The notes below the pieces were generated by a model. The model searched no databases. It had not been told where the DNA came from and worked only from the letters and a program-made list of their open reading frames with translations. This document shows positions 10,781-21,635 of a stretch of 64,000 bases of DNA, in pieces. The number at the start of each line of letters is the position of its first letter. Positions within the stretch are counted from its first letter, which is position 1. This stretch comes from an uncultured delta proteobacterium (lineage in GTDB: Bacteria > Desulfobacterota > Desulfobacteria > Desulfobacterales > B30-G6). Position numbers and translations under genes: made by a program. Location: positions 1,344,001 to 1,408,000 of the forward strand of contig CAWGLD010000001.1 in assembly GCA_963823335.1 (NCBI GenBank). Direction: 5' to 3'.

Positions 10781-11782
10781 TTAACAAGGATTCAGTACCT
10801 TTTCAAGATTCTGCAGATTTTCGCTTTCCCCCACTGCAATGACAGTGTCACCGGATGAAATCCTGGCTTCAAACGAAGGATTGAAGATCATACTGCCATT
10901 CGGTTTCTTGATGGCAATAATGATCAGGTTGAAATTCTGGCGTATTCCCGAGTCCTTTAGCATGACATCATGCAAGGAAGAGCAGGGATTGATGGGTATT
11001 TCTTCCATTTGAATATCGGTGCGTTTAGAACCGAACGCAAGATCCAGAAATGTCGTAACAGTGGGGCGCGTGATGCGCTGGGCCATTCGTGTGGCACCCA
11101 TTTCGTAAGGGGATTCAACGATGTCGGCTCCGGCGGCACGAAGTTTTTTTGATACATCCATATCGGAGGCCCGGGCGGTAATCAAAAGCTTCGGGGCGAG
11201 CTGTCTGGCTGTCAATACCAGGAAAACGTTTTCAGCATCCGTGCCCAATGCGGCCACCAGACCCTTGGCACGCTGGATACCGGCTTGAAGTAACAGAGAC
11301 TCATCAGACGCATCCCCGCAAAGATAGAGTATCTGGTCTGTATTCATTTCGGGAACAAGTTTTTCGTTGCTCTCTATTACCACCAGATCGATGGGGGAGC
11401 TTTTCAATGTTTCACAGAGAACCCTGCCGATTCGTCCGTATCCGCATATAATGTAGTGGTCTTTTAAATGAGTGATTTTTCTATCCAATTTTCTCCTCCC
11501 CAGCACGGCTCTAATATTTCCCTCAACCATGAACTGTATGACGCTACCTGCCACATACATAAAAAAGCCAACCCCCAGAAAGATTAAAAAAATAGTGTAC
11601 AAGCGTCCGGCTTCACTAACGGTGTGAACTTCCCCATAACCAACGGTAGAATAGGTAATAACGGTCATGTAAAAAGCATCCAAAGCGCTCCACCCTTCGA
11701 TCAGCATGTATCCGATGGTGCCGACGGCTAAAATGACGAGGGAAAAAAAGATCGCCATAACGATATGTTTCGTGCTATCCAT
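10781..11782 (-). CDS. Two-TM potassium channel with RCK (TrkA-N/TrkA-C) domains
   Basis: TVGYG selectivity filter, ICGYGRIG Rossmann motif, C-terminal TrkA-C. Confidence 0.92.
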   Translation of the reverse strand: MDSTKHIVMAIFFSLVILAVGTIGYMLIEGWSALDAFYMTVITYSTVGYGEVHTVSEAGRLYTIFLIFLGVGFFMYVAGSVIQFMVEGNIRAVLGRRKLDRKITHLKDHYIICGYGRIGRVLCETLKSSPIDLVVIESNEKLVPEMNTDQILYLCGDASDESLLLQAGIQRAKGLVAALGTDAENVFLVLTARQLAPKLLITARASDMDVSKKLRAAGADIVESPYEMGATRMAQRITRPTVTTFLDLAFGSKRTDIQMEEIPINPCSSLHDVMLKDSGIRQNFNLIIIAIKKPNGSMIFNPSFEARISSGDTVIAVGESENLQNLEKVLNPC

Positions 11783-11995
11783 ACATCCTCTCGATTCAAT
11801 GGTTGAGATGGGTTATTGTGGACAAGTTTTATATAAAATTCAAGTGGTTTTTCTATGTGGAATGTTTTTTTGAAGACCACGGGGAATGCGCCCTTTGTTG
11901 CGGTTCATTCGGAAAACGAAGTTAAATTGACAGGACCCGGCAATTCAGCGGCTGGCATATTGACGGAAAATTTTTGTTCTGATAGAAATCTGCCC

Positions 11996-12652
11996 ATGAA
12001 AAATGAATCGAGAAAATATAAGCGTTTACGGCAGGACATGGTGGACAAGCAGGTTGAAGCACGCGGTATTCACGATCCGAATGTACTGCTCGCCATGGCC
12101 AGAGTCCCTAGGCACCTCTTTGTCAGTGAAGCGTTAATGGACCAGGCCTATGGTGATTTCCCGTTGCCTATAGGAGCCCAGCAGACCATCTCACAACCTT
12201 TTATGGTAGCTGAAATGACCCAGGCACTTCAACTGACGCACGAGGACAGGGTGTTGGAAATTGGCACCGGTTCCGGCTATCAGGCGGCAGTTTTAGCCGA
12301 AATTGTGTTTCGGGTCTATACCATCGAAAGACTCCATTCACTATTTATCAACACCCGTCGTCTTTTTGATTCATTGCACTACTATAATATTGTCACACGA
12401 TATTCCGATGGAACAACCGGGTGGAAAGATGAAAGTCCTTTTGATGCGATCATCGTGACAGCCGGGGCCCCAAACGTACCGAGCACACTTATAGAGCAGC
12501 TTGCATTCGGGGGCCGGATGGTCGTTCCAGTGGGAGACCGTCAATCACAGGAGTTAATCAAGATAACCAAAGACGAGAAGGGTGTGCACCAGACAAACCT
12601 CGGTGGATGCAGATTTGTCAGACTTGTCGGCGAGTACGGATGGAAAGTATAG
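11996..12652 (+). CDS. pcm: Protein-L-isoaspartate O-methyltransferase
   Basis: QTISQP, VLEIGTGSGYQAA, PFDAIIVTA; start moved to ATG 11996. Confidence 0.95.
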   Translation: MKNESRKYKRLRQDMVDKQVEARGIHDPNVLLAMARVPRHLFVSEALMDQAYGDFPLPIGAQQTISQPFMVAEMTQALQLTHEDRVLEIGTGSGYQAAVLAEIVFRVYTIERLHSLFINTRRLFDSLHYYNIVTRYSDGTTGWKDESPFDAIIVTAGAPNVPSTLIEQLAFGGRMVVPVGDRQSQELIKITKDEKGVHQTNLGGCRFVRLVGEYGWKV

Positions 12653-12666
12653 CGGGATAGATCAGC

Positions 12667-13248
12667 ATGCTTAAAAAACTCTACGAATGGGTGCTGAAAT
12701 GGGCGGATACACCTTATGGCAGCTGGGCTCTGTTCATACTTGCTTTCAGTGAGTCATCGTTTTTCCCCATACCTCCGGATGTGCTTCTGATTGCTCTGGC
12801 GGTGGGTAAACCGAGAAAAGCATTGACGTTTGCCCTGATCTGCTCAATCGGGTCGGTTCTGGGTGGCATCGTGGGCTATTTGATCGGTTGGCAGTTCATG
12901 GCCGTGGTGGGCCATAAGATCATCGCCTTTTATGGGCTCACGGAAAAAGTTGCCACCATGGCGTCTCTTTACAATCAATATAATGCCTGGGCAGTCGGGA
13001 TTGCCGGATTCACACCGATTCCCTATAAGGTCTTCACCATATCGGCCGGTGCATTCAAGATCAATTTCCTCATATTTCTGTTTGCATCAGCTGTTTCGCG
13101 AGCAGCAAGATTTTTTCTGGTGGGAGGGCTTATCTTTGGATTCGGACCCCGAATCCAGGTATTTATTGACAAATATTTTAATATCCTGGTGATTGTCTTT
13201 ACCGTGTTGCTCATTGCCAGTTTCTTCCTGATCAAGGTTTTTTTCTGA
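12667..13248 (+). CDS. YqaA/DedA family membrane protein
   Basis: FSESSFFPIPPD and GFTPIPYKVFTISAG motifs. Confidence 0.9.
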   Translation: MLKKLYEWVLKWADTPYGSWALFILAFSESSFFPIPPDVLLIALAVGKPRKALTFALICSIGSVLGGIVGYLIGWQFMAVVGHKIIAFYGLTEKVATMASLYNQYNAWAVGIAGFTPIPYKVFTISAGAFKINFLIFLFASAVSRAARFFLVGGLIFGFGPRIQVFIDKYFNILVIVFTVLLIASFFLIKVFF

Positions 13249-13352
13249 TCAGATTTTCTTAGCTTAAATAGTTATTCGTTTTTCCTTGATAGTTGGAAAA
13301 AGAGCAAACATTTACAACTTCATTTTGTTGCTTTGCTTTTGTAGCGAAAGGC

Positions 13353-15530
13353 CTAACTGCATTTGGAGAAACCACACGCATGACAGTTCAGGCATCCTTC
13401 CTCGTGCGACAGCACGCTGCCACACTCCGGGCATCCGCCCATGAGCACGGAGCTTTCGGTCACTTCGGAGTTGGTCAAATTTTTCAAGACCCTTGCCATG
13501 GCGTCCGGGCAGGATAAAACCATCTTGCCATTCTGCCAGGCCGGGGACGGGCAGCGGATACCGGTGAGCTGTCGAATGATGGCATCCACGTTTACACCGG
13601 AGCGCAGCGCCAGCGATGCAAGCCGACCGGATGCCTCTATCTGAGATGACGCACATCCACCGGTTTTTCCCATCTGAGCAAATACTTCACACATCCCTTT
13701 GGAATCTGAATTGATGGTGACATAGAGTTTTCCGCACCCGGTCTGGATCCGCTCGGTCATGCCGTGCGTTCGCAAGGGTCTCGACCGCGGTGCGATAGTG
13801 GGTTTCTCCCTGGTGTCTTTCGAACCGGTCCCAATCGTCAGAACCTGTTTGTCCCGGCTGCCGTCCCGATAGATGGTGACCCCTTTGCATCCGAGTCTGT
13901 ATGCTGAAAGATAAATTTCTTGCACGTCTTTTTCGGTTGCGTGGGTGGGAAGATTGACCGTTTTCGAAACGGCGTTGTCCGTGTGTTTCTGAAAAGCAGC
14001 CTGAATTCTGACATGCCATTCCGGTGAAATATCATGAGATGTTTTAAACAATTTTTTAATATGTTTCGGGACCTCGTCGATTTCTGCCATGCTGCCTAAA
14101 GCGGCCATTGTGTCGATCAGGCTCTTGTTGAAAAACTTTTCGGCTTTGGCCACCTTTACAAACAACGGATGCACATCATACAGGGTTTCGCCATCCAGAA
14201 CACGGCGCGTTTGTATGATTGAAAAAACCGGCTCTATGCCGCTCGAGACACCGGCAATGATGCTGATGGTGCCGGTGGGTGCGATGGTGGTCGTGGCGGC
14301 ATTCCGCATATAGGGTGTGTCGGCGGTGTCGTAGATACTGCCGGGATAGTTTTTAAAATTTCCCCGCTTTTCAGCCAACAAGGCAGAGGCATTTTTAGAT
14401 TCCCGGGAGATAAATGCCATAAGGGATTCACCTTGTACGACAGCTTCTTCAGAGTCATAGGGAATTCCCAGCTTTAATAATAAATCGGCAAAACCCATGA
14501 CACCCAGCCCGATTTTTCGGTTGGCTTTGCTCATGGATTCGATTTGGGGCAGGGGATACCTGTTCATCTCGATGACGTTGTCCAGAAAGTGTACGGCATC
14601 ATGGACCGCTTTTTTCAGCCGCTTCATGTTGAGGCTGTTTTTTGTCACCATCCGTGAAAGATTGATAGATCCCAGGGTGCAGGATTCGTATGGCAGTAAT
14701 GGCTGCTCACCGCAGGGATTTGTCGCCTCGATGTCCCCTATATGTTTTGTCGGGTTGTGATCATTGATTTTATCGATAAAAATAATACCCGGTTCCCCGG
14801 TTTTCCAGGCGGAACGAACGATCATATCGAAAATTTTGCTTGCGGAAACACGCTGGACCGTCTTGTTGGTACGTGGGTTGATCAAGTCGAAATCGGACTT
14901 GGTTTCCAAAGCGTCCATGAATTGTTTTGTCAGGCCGACCGATATATTGAAATTGTTCAGGCGGGTCAAGTCATTCTTGGCTTCAATAAAGGCTTCAATA
15001 TCTGGATGATCGACGCGTAGAACGCCCATGTTGGCACCCCGTCGCGTACCACCCTGTTTGACGGTTTCTGTGGCGATATCGAATACGGTCATGAAAGAGA
15101 GCGGGCCACTCGAAATACCTGCCGTTGAAAGAACCACATCCTTGGCAGGTCTGATTTTCGAAAACGAAAAGCCTGTCCCACCACCACTTTTATGAATCAT
15201 GGCGGTGTGTTTGACGGTTTCAAAAATAGATTCCATGGAGTCTTCTATGGGAAGTACAAAACAGGCTGCCAGCTGTCCCAGGCGCCTGCCTGCGTTCATC
15301 ATGGTGGGGGAATTGGGCAAAAACCATAAGTTCGCAAGCAATTTTTGAAATTTTATTTCCGTATTTTGGACATCAGCATCCGGATCAAACAATCGGTCTG
15401 CTTCCGCCACACTCCTGGCGACCCGTTGGAACATGTTTTCAGGTGATTCAATGGCTTTACCACTAGTGTCCTTCTTGAGATAGCGCTTTTCCAAAACCAC
15501 CCGTGCATTTTTTGATAAGGCTATTTTCAT
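13353..15530 (-). CDS. nrdJ: Adenosylcobalamin-dependent (class II) ribonucleotide reductase with C-terminal TSCPD/Zn-ribbon region
   Basis: FLPNSP, ACFVLP, ATNPCGEQPL, TTIAPTGTIS, C-terminal CPECG...CHACGFSKC; no radical beta subunit nearby. Confidence 0.92.
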   Translation of the reverse strand: MKIALSKNARVVLEKRYLKKDTSGKAIESPENMFQRVARSVAEADRLFDPDADVQNTEIKFQKLLANLWFLPNSPTMMNAGRRLGQLAACFVLPIEDSMESIFETVKHTAMIHKSGGGTGFSFSKIRPAKDVVLSTAGISSGPLSFMTVFDIATETVKQGGTRRGANMGVLRVDHPDIEAFIEAKNDLTRLNNFNISVGLTKQFMDALETKSDFDLINPRTNKTVQRVSASKIFDMIVRSAWKTGEPGIIFIDKINDHNPTKHIGDIEATNPCGEQPLLPYESCTLGSINLSRMVTKNSLNMKRLKKAVHDAVHFLDNVIEMNRYPLPQIESMSKANRKIGLGVMGFADLLLKLGIPYDSEEAVVQGESLMAFISRESKNASALLAEKRGNFKNYPGSIYDTADTPYMRNAATTTIAPTGTISIIAGVSSGIEPVFSIIQTRRVLDGETLYDVHPLFVKVAKAEKFFNKSLIDTMAALGSMAEIDEVPKHIKKLFKTSHDISPEWHVRIQAAFQKHTDNAVSKTVNLPTHATEKDVQEIYLSAYRLGCKGVTIYRDGSRDKQVLTIGTGSKDTREKPTIAPRSRPLRTHGMTERIQTGCGKLYVTINSDSKGMCEVFAQMGKTGGCASSQIEASGRLASLALRSGVNVDAIIRQLTGIRCPSPAWQNGKMVLSCPDAMARVLKNLTNSEVTESSVLMGGCPECGSVLSHEEGCLNCHACGFSKCS

Positions 15531-15540
15531 ATTATTTCCT

Positions 15541-16032
15541 TTAGGCAGTTTTTTCAGCATATTTAATTTTCAGTTTTTTGTTGACGATGGGTGGAACCAT
15601 GTCGTTGATGTCACCGCCGAACTGAGCGGCCTCCTTGATAATCGACGAACTCGTGAAAATCCAGCGCAGACCGGTCATCAGGAATACGGTTTGAATATCG
15701 CGTCTCAACCGCCGGTTCATCAAGGCCATCTGAAACTCGTATTCAAAATCGGAAACAGCCCGCATGCCCCGCAAGATGGCGTGGGCTTTTCGCTTATGAG
15801 CATAGTCCACTAGGAGTCCATCGAACACATCGAATTCGACGTTGGCAAATTTTTTCATGCTGATCTGCAACATTTCCATACGTTCTTCTACGGAAAAAAA
15901 GGATGTTTTTGATGGATTCAATAAAATAGCCACGATGATTTTATCGAAGATGGAAAGCCCTCTTTCAACGATATCGAGATGGCCGTTGGTAATTGGATCA
16001 AAAGAGCCCGGGTAGATTGCGATTTTTCTCAT
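15541..16032 (-). CDS. coaD: Phosphopantetheine adenylyltransferase
   Basis: YPGSFDPITNGH, RGMRAVSDFEYE. Confidence 0.97.
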   Translation of the reverse strand: MRKIAIYPGSFDPITNGHLDIVERGLSIFDKIIVAILLNPSKTSFFSVEERMEMLQISMKKFANVEFDVFDGLLVDYAHKRKAHAILRGMRAVSDFEYEFQMALMNRRLRRDIQTVFLMTGLRWIFTSSSIIKEAAQFGGDINDMVPPIVNKKLKIKYAEKTA

Positions 16033-16113
16033 TCGTTTTCAGCTCCCATTAAAAATAGCCATAATAACAAGTTGTTAAGCAATGCGTTGCCCTCGCCGGC
16101 ACGCGAAAAAAAT

Positions 16114-16668
16114 TTATAGCATATAACCCAAAAAAGAGACAAGGGTTTTTCCATACCTTCTCTGATCTAGGAGTCCAAAATCGGCTATCGGCAAGGGAAG
16201 CTCGTCGGCATCGCCATGTTCCAGAACAAGACATGCGCCCGGTGCCATGGCCCGGCTCTTTTTCAGATGTGTCATAGCCGGCAAAAACAAGCCTCTGTGA
16301 TAGGGCGGGTCCAGGAAGATAAGAGTATACTGGAGTTCATGAGACTGCAGACAATTAAGATCTCGCTCGATATTCCATGAAACAATCCGGGAACGCTCTT
16401 GGAGACAGCACGAGCGCAGGTTTTTTTCCAGTAGTGAAACAGCAGCGGGTGCCATGTCGATAAAGGTTGCCCTGTCGGCACCTCTGCTCAGCGCTTCTAT
16501 ACCCAGCGCACCGCTACCGGCAAACAGATCCAGAACAACTGCTCCTGAGACGCGATGAGACAGAATGTTGAATATGGCCTCTCTTGTTCGATCGGAGGTG
16601 GGGCGAATGCCTTTGCCTTCAAAGGGGTGGAGCTTTTTCCCTCTTAGGGCTCCGCTGATGATTCTCAC
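16114..16668 (-). CDS. rsmD: 16S rRNA m2G966 methyltransferase
   Basis: MRIISG, RPTSDRTREA, LDLFAGSGALG, FLDPPY; precedes coaD. Confidence 0.95.
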   Translation of the reverse strand: MRIISGALRGKKLHPFEGKGIRPTSDRTREAIFNILSHRVSGAVVLDLFAGSGALGIEALSRGADRATFIDMAPAAVSLLEKNLRSCCLQERSRIVSWNIERDLNCLQSHELQYTLIFLDPPYHRGLFLPAMTHLKKSRAMAPGACLVLEHGDADELPLPIADFGLLDQRRYGKTLVSFLGYML

Positions 16669-16703
16669 GGTTTTTCCTGTGGTGTTTGCGTGCTAATGAG
16701 ATG

Positions 16704-17273
16704 TCAGTAAATAAAGTCGATGGTGTACCAGTCGGTGTCAAAGTCCCACAACGAAACAAAGAAAAGAACATAGTGCAGATGGAATGGAAGCCTCAGTTTA
16801 CTCAACTGTGCTTTGGTTCGAACTTGATATTGGCTGCCTTTTTCAAGACGATTGAGTTCTACAATCTTTAAACTATCGATTTCGGACATCAATTTCTTGG
16901 CTTCATCAAACGATTTCACCACTCTTTGATGGCTGCCATCCCATGAACGTTCAACACTATATTCTGTTTTCAGGTTATCATATTTAATCGTGTGCAAGAT
17001 TTTCAATTCGGAGATGTTTTTATCAAACCAGAAAGTGCGTGTTTGATAGAGGTTCACAAAGATAGAGAAGGTAGCGGGGGCACCGCTTGAAATCGCGACT
17101 TCCATGCTTTCGCGAAAGGCGCCTGCAACTGTCAGGTAGATCAGCAGGTCGTCTCTGGTGTTCGTGACGATAATATTTTTCAGTGCTGCATCCTGGGCGT
17201 ACACCATCACCGGCTGAATCATGATAAAAAGACACAGCAGGATGCCCACGTTATTTTTAATGAGTGATTTCAT
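16704..17273 (-). CDS. Exported protein, DUF4390-like
   Basis: Signal peptide; WFDK...IKYDNL and C-terminal WDFDTDW pattern; start taken at MKSLIK. Confidence 0.65.
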   Translation of the reverse strand: MKSLIKNNVGILLCLFIMIQPVMVYAQDAALKNIIVTNTRDDLLIYLTVAGAFRESMEVAISSGAPATFSIFVNLYQTRTFWFDKNISELKILHTIKYDNLKTEYSVERSWDGSHQRVVKSFDEAKKLMSEIDSLKIVELNRLEKGSQYQVRTKAQLSKLRLPFHLHYVLFFVSLWDFDTDWYTIDFIY

Positions 17274-17653
17274 GCTGCCGAGTTTCATGCAGTGGTTGAC
17301 AGGTGCTGGATGCCTCGTCAATGTGACATCTTGGCCGGAATACACGCCGATGCCGAATCAGGTTACCGATGTTTGTATTGTTCTTTGACGTCTGTAAATA
17401 TTCTTACAGATGGTATCAAACAGGGTGACGATCGTTTATGAGATTATATAGCAACATATTATATTTTCAAGTTATTTTATGATTTTTCGCCACTTGTTAG
17501 AGCGAACCAAAAAAAATGCTCGCTAACCCCCTAGCTTGCCGCGAGGTTCTTCAATCGGAAATTCCATATAGTTATATTGCAGGACTTGAAATCGCAACCC
17601 ACCGGGCAAGGGACAAATAAATTTTTCGCAAAGGAGCGCTGCCGTGGTATTTC

Positions 17654-17677
17654 ATAAAATCGTTCATACGATTTTAT
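17654..17677. repeat. Partial copy (second hairpin only) of the 41-nt double-hairpin element
   Basis: ATAAAATCGT-TCAT-ACGATTTTAT, same stem as 20917-20939. Confidence 0.65.
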
Positions 17678-17773
17678 TGATATGTTAACCCATATAAGAT
17701 ACAATGTCACTCAGTTGAGCGATTGTTGCGGTTGGCCTAGCGAATCAAGATCAGATGTCCGGAAGGGGGTCGG

Positions 17774-19309
17774 GTGCTTGCCAAGGTTTTAAGTAGTGCC
17801 GTCATCGGAATTGATGCGTATCTGGTGGAAGTCGAGGTTGACATTACCAGAGGATTACCGACCTATACCACCGTTGGATTGCCGGAAGCCGCGGTAAAAG
17901 AAAGCAAAGAACGCGTCAAATCCGCTATCAGCAACTCGGGTTATACCTTCCCTGACGATAGAATTACCGTCAATTTAGCTCCTGCAAACATCAAGAAAGA
18001 AGGTACCGGTTTTGATTTGCCCATCGCTCTGGGGATTTTGGCCGCTGAAAAGCTGATTCCCCAGGAATGTGTCGGTGACTATGCCATCATGGGCGAGCTT
18101 TCCCTGGATGGGCGTATCAAACCGGTGAATGGGGGTCTTCCCATGGCAATTGCCGCTAAAAAGGCGGGATGCCGGGGGATTGTTGTTCCTTACGAAAACA
18201 GGCGTGAAGCTTCGGTCGTCGATGGGATTGAAGTATATCCGGCCAAAACACTTTCACAGGTGGTGGGATTTCTGCGCGGTATAGAGCGGATTGAGGCTGT
18301 AAAGGCAAATCTGAAGGAATTATTTGGCACCCAAAGCCGCTATGACAAGGATTTTGCCGATGTTATGGGGCAGGAACATGTGAAAAGAGCCATGGAAATC
18401 GCCGCGGCCGGCGGGCATAATCTCATCATGATCGGTGCTCCTGGATCGGGGAAGACCATGATAGCCAAACGTTTATCGACGATTTTGCCGCCCTTGACAT
18501 TTGAGGAAGCCATCGAGACAACCAAGATTTTCAGCGTCATTGGGGGGCTTGAAACGGGCCAGGCTTTGATCACCAAAAGACCTTTTCGATCCCCTCACCA
18601 CACGATTTCGGATGCCGGTCTGATAGGCGGTGGTCACATCCCCAGACCCGGCGAAGTAAGCCTGGCGCATAACGGTGTTCTTTTTCTGGATGAACTGTCT
18701 GAATATAAAAAACATGTTCTGGAAGTACTCAGGCAGCCTCTAGAGGATTTAAAGGTTACCATTTCTCGTGCGGCTTCGACCATCACTTATCCATCCAGCT
18801 TCATGCTGGTGGCTGCCATGAACCCTTGTCCCTGCGGCTATTTTTCAGACCCAAAGCATGAATGCCGCTGTACAGTATACCAGATTCATCGATACCGCTC
18901 AAAAATTTCAGGACCTCTGCTGGACAGGATCGATATTCATGTTGAGGTGCCGGCTGTGCCTTACAATGCCCTGAAAGGGACTGGAAAATCAGAATCTTCA
19001 GCGCGTATCAGGGCTCGTGTAAGCGCCGCCCGGCAGATTCAATCCCGGCGATTCAGCCGCACGAGAATCCATTGCAATGCGCAGATGAACAGCCGACAGA
19101 TCAAACGCTACTGCAGCATTGATGAGGCCAGCCATGAGTTGCTTGAAACGGCTGTCGACAAACTCGGACTTTCAGCCCGGGCCCATAACCGGATTTTAAA
19201 AATTGCCCGAACCATAGCAGATATTGAAACCGCACCGGAACTGTCGGAACGTCATATTGCCGAAGCGGTGCAATACAGGAATCTGGATCGGGGCAACTAT
19301 GGTCATTGA
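17774..19309 (+). CDS. comM: YifB/ComM family Mg-chelatase-like AAA+ ATPase
   Basis: [42 protein letters not shown]. Confidence 0.93.
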   Translation: MLAKVLSSAVIGIDAYLVEVEVDITRGLPTYTTVGLPEAAVKESKERVKSAISNSGYTFPDDRITVNLAPANIKKEGTGFDLPIALGILAAEKLIPQECVGDYAIMGELSLDGRIKPVNGGLPMAIAAKKAGCRGIVVPYENRREASVVDGIEVYPAKTLSQVVGFLRGIERIEAVKANLKELFGTQSRYDKDFADVMGQEHVKRAMEIAAAGGHNLIMIGAPGSGKTMIAKRLSTILPPLTFEEAIETTKIFSVIGGLETGQALITKRPFRSPHHTISDAGLIGGGHIPRPGEVSLAHNGVLFLDELSEYKKHVLEVLRQPLEDLKVTISRAASTITYPSSFMLVAAMNPCPCGYFSDPKHECRCTVYQIHRYRSKISGPLLDRIDIHVEVPAVPYNALKGTGKSESSARIRARVSAARQIQSRRFSRTRIHCNAQMNSRQIKRYCSIDEASHELLETAVDKLGLSARAHNRILKIARTIADIETAPELSERHIAEAVQYRNLDRGNYGH

Positions 19310-19342
19310 CCTATTTTACCAATAGCAAAAGGAACTTGTCGA

Positions 19343-20728
19343 ATGAGTTTTACGCCCGTCACCCGCGCCCATATCGAGGATCTTTCCCTGATCGTTTCCT
19401 CCGACCGCATTTCCACCGGCGCATCCGTTCTGGACCTGCATGCCAAAGATCAGTCCCAGCACGCCCCTGTCCGTCCTGAGGTCGTCATCTGGCCAGAGAG
19501 TCAGGAGGAGGTGGCAGCTGTCGTGACATATGCCAACAACCAGCGTATTCCGATCGTTGGATGGGGGTCCGGTTCAAGCCTCGAGGGGAACCCGATCCCG
19601 GCTCAGAAAGGCATTGTACTCGATTTTTCTCATATGAATAAGATTCTGGCCGTAAAAACTGAAGATTTTCAGGTTGATGTGGAGCCGGGTCTTATCTATC
19701 AGGATCTGAATGAGCATCTAAGGTATTCAGGGCTTTTTTTCCCGCCGGATCCCGGAGCCAGAGCCACTATCGGCGGTATGATCGCCAACAACGCCAGTGG
19801 CACGCGGACGGTTCACTATGGTTCAACCAGGGATTATGTCCTTAAACTGAGCATTGTATTGGCCAACGGTGAAATCATCGAGACAGGTTCACGGTCTGCA
19901 AAATCCTCATCGGGATACGATTTTTTGCATCTGTTCGTGGGCTCCGAGGGGACACTTGGTCTTGTGGTACAGGCGACCCTCCGTCTGGTTGGTTTGCCGG
20001 AAGAATACGCTGCCGCAATTGTTACCTTTCCCTCCATACAGGCGGCCAGTGAAGCGGTGGTGGAAATCGTGCGCTCCGGGCTCGACCCGGCATCGCTGGA
20101 GCTTCTGGATGCCGCCTGCATCAGGCTCTTCAACCAGGAAAAACATCTCGGACTGGAGGAAACCCCCACACTGTTCACCGAGTTTCACGGGCCATCCATG
20201 ACATATCTTGTGGAGATTCTGGACCTGGTGGAAGAGATCTGCAAAGAGGCGGGTCATCTTGGTTTTCAGAGAGGTTTGGGCAGAGAAGAACGCAACCGAT
20301 TTTTCGAGGCCCGGCATGAACTGGGAGAAATGGTGATCAGGGCACATCCGGACTGCGGTACCCAGGTCATCGACGTGGCGGTTCCCATGTCGGCCTATTC
20401 GGATATCATCACCAGTGCCAGCCTGGCTGCTGAAAGAGCGGGTATTCCTGGGTACGCTTTCAGTCATGCCGGCGACGGAAACCTGCATCTGAATCTGGCG
20501 GGCAGGAAAAATAATCCCGAAGATTGGAAACTGATCGAAGAAATCAGCCGGGAATTGGTTTTCAAAGCGCTTTCCTATGGTGGCACCGCAACCGGTGAGC
20601 ATGGTGTAGGCATGGGCAAGAAGGGCTATATGGCAGCAGAGCACGGGAAGAGTCTCCATTGGATGAAACAGGTCAAGGCGCTGTTTGACCCCAGGGGTAT
20701 TCTCAATCCAGGCAAAATATTCCCCTGA
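19343..20728 (+). CDS. FAD-linked oxidase, GlcD/D-lactate dehydrogenase family
   Basis: FPPDPGARATIGGM, GSEGTLG, HAGDGNLH, GEHGVG, DPRGILNPGK. Confidence 0.92.
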   Translation: MSFTPVTRAHIEDLSLIVSSDRISTGASVLDLHAKDQSQHAPVRPEVVIWPESQEEVAAVVTYANNQRIPIVGWGSGSSLEGNPIPAQKGIVLDFSHMNKILAVKTEDFQVDVEPGLIYQDLNEHLRYSGLFFPPDPGARATIGGMIANNASGTRTVHYGSTRDYVLKLSIVLANGEIIETGSRSAKSSSGYDFLHLFVGSEGTLGLVVQATLRLVGLPEEYAAAIVTFPSIQAASEAVVEIVRSGLDPASLELLDAACIRLFNQEKHLGLEETPTLFTEFHGPSMTYLVEILDLVEEICKEAGHLGFQRGLGREERNRFFEARHELGEMVIRAHPDCGTQVIDVAVPMSAYSDIITSASLAAERAGIPGYAFSHAGDGNLHLNLAGRKNNPEDWKLIEEISRELVFKALSYGGTATGEHGVGMGKKGYMAAEHGKSLHWMKQVKALFDPRGILNPGKIFP

Positions 20729-20774
20729 ATTTTTGGGGGTCGATGATGCCAGATCTCTTGACACCCAGTCTGAG

Positions 20775-20802
20775 TTGACATTCTTTCAAAGACACTTACA
20801 TT
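20775..20802 (+). promoter_or_regulatory. Putative sigma70 promoter
   Basis: TTGACA-N16-TACATT about 140 nt upstream of the next CDS. Confidence 0.4.
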
Positions 20803-20898
20803 GTCATGAGTTTATAGCCCGATGAAGGTTTGATACGAGTATATCCTGAAACAGATCAATCCGTTCCCCTGAAGCTGGAAGGCGGTTTGCAAAAAAAA

Positions 20899-20939
20899 GC
20901 GACAAGGTCGCGTTTGATAAAATCGTGTAACGATTTTAT
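20899..20939 (+). repeat. 41-nt double-hairpin element, copy 1
   Basis: GCGAC-AAG-GTCGC-GTTTG-ATAAAATCGT-GTA-ACGATTTTAT directly before the GGAG RBS. Confidence 0.8.
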
Positions 20940-20945
20940 TTGGAG

Positions 20946-21629
20946 ATGAAGATGAAAATTGAAACCAGAGAGCAGGTGCTGGAAAAAATAATGGCCCAGG
21001 ACAAGCCGGTCTGCCCCAAGTGCGGCGAAACCATGAATCTGTGGGAGGTGCCGTCCATCAATTTCAGCGATGGTCTCGGGTGGGGGACGCCGTATCTATA
21101 TATTTGTTTCAATGACGACTGTCCCATCTATTGTCAGGGCTGGGACAATCTGAAAGAGAACTACAATCAATACGCATCCTACCGGCAGATAAACTATCCA
21201 GGGACTGAGCAGTTTGAGTTCATGCCGGTTTTCAGCCCCATGGGAGCCACGGGGCAGATCATTGACGACCAGGTATTGCTCCAGGAAGAAATGCTCAAAG
21301 AGGCTATCAAAAAAGGGTTTTCAATCCTGGCACAGTGTTATGTGGACAAAGATACACCTTCGGTGTTGCGCATACTTCTGGACCCCACAGAACCAGCGCG
21401 GGTGCGGATGAAAGCAGCTGAAATGATAGGGGATATTGGAGACCTGGAGGCCGTTGAGCCTTTACGGAACCTGAAGGTGGGCAATGATCTGTTGGAAAAA
21501 CAATTAACGGAATCGGTGAAACGGATCCACGAGCGGTTTTTCACACGGGAGTGTCCTTTCTGTGCCGAAATCATCAAAAAGCGGGCGAAGGTGTGTAAGT
21601 ACTGTGGGAAGGAAGTGGCGGGGCAATAA
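20946..21629 (+). CDS. Cys-rich protein with HEAT-like repeat and C-terminal double zinc ribbon
   Basis: N-terminal CPKC...CFNDDC, central RMKAAEMIGDIGDLEAVEPL, C-terminal CPFC..CKYC. Confidence 0.75.
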   Translation: MKMKIETREQVLEKIMAQDKPVCPKCGETMNLWEVPSINFSDGLGWGTPYLYICFNDDCPIYCQGWDNLKENYNQYASYRQINYPGTEQFEFMPVFSPMGATGQIIDDQVLLQEEMLKEAIKKGFSILAQCYVDKDTPSVLRILLDPTEPARVRMKAAEMIGDIGDLEAVEPLRNLKVGNDLLEKQLTESVKRIHERFFTRECPFCAEIIKKRAKVCKYCGKEVAGQ

Positions 21630-21635
21630 AGGCAC

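Noticed and set aside
13353-15530. Intein or intron in nrdJ
   Set aside because: Length and motif spacing are normal; no splice-junction or homing-endonuclease motifs
19907-20764. 285-aa antisense ORF within the FAD oxidase
   Set aside because: Shadow ORF with no recognisable domain
20817-20856. Hammerhead-like CCGATGAAG...GAAAC
   Set aside because: The core is not CTGANGA and I could not build stems I and III
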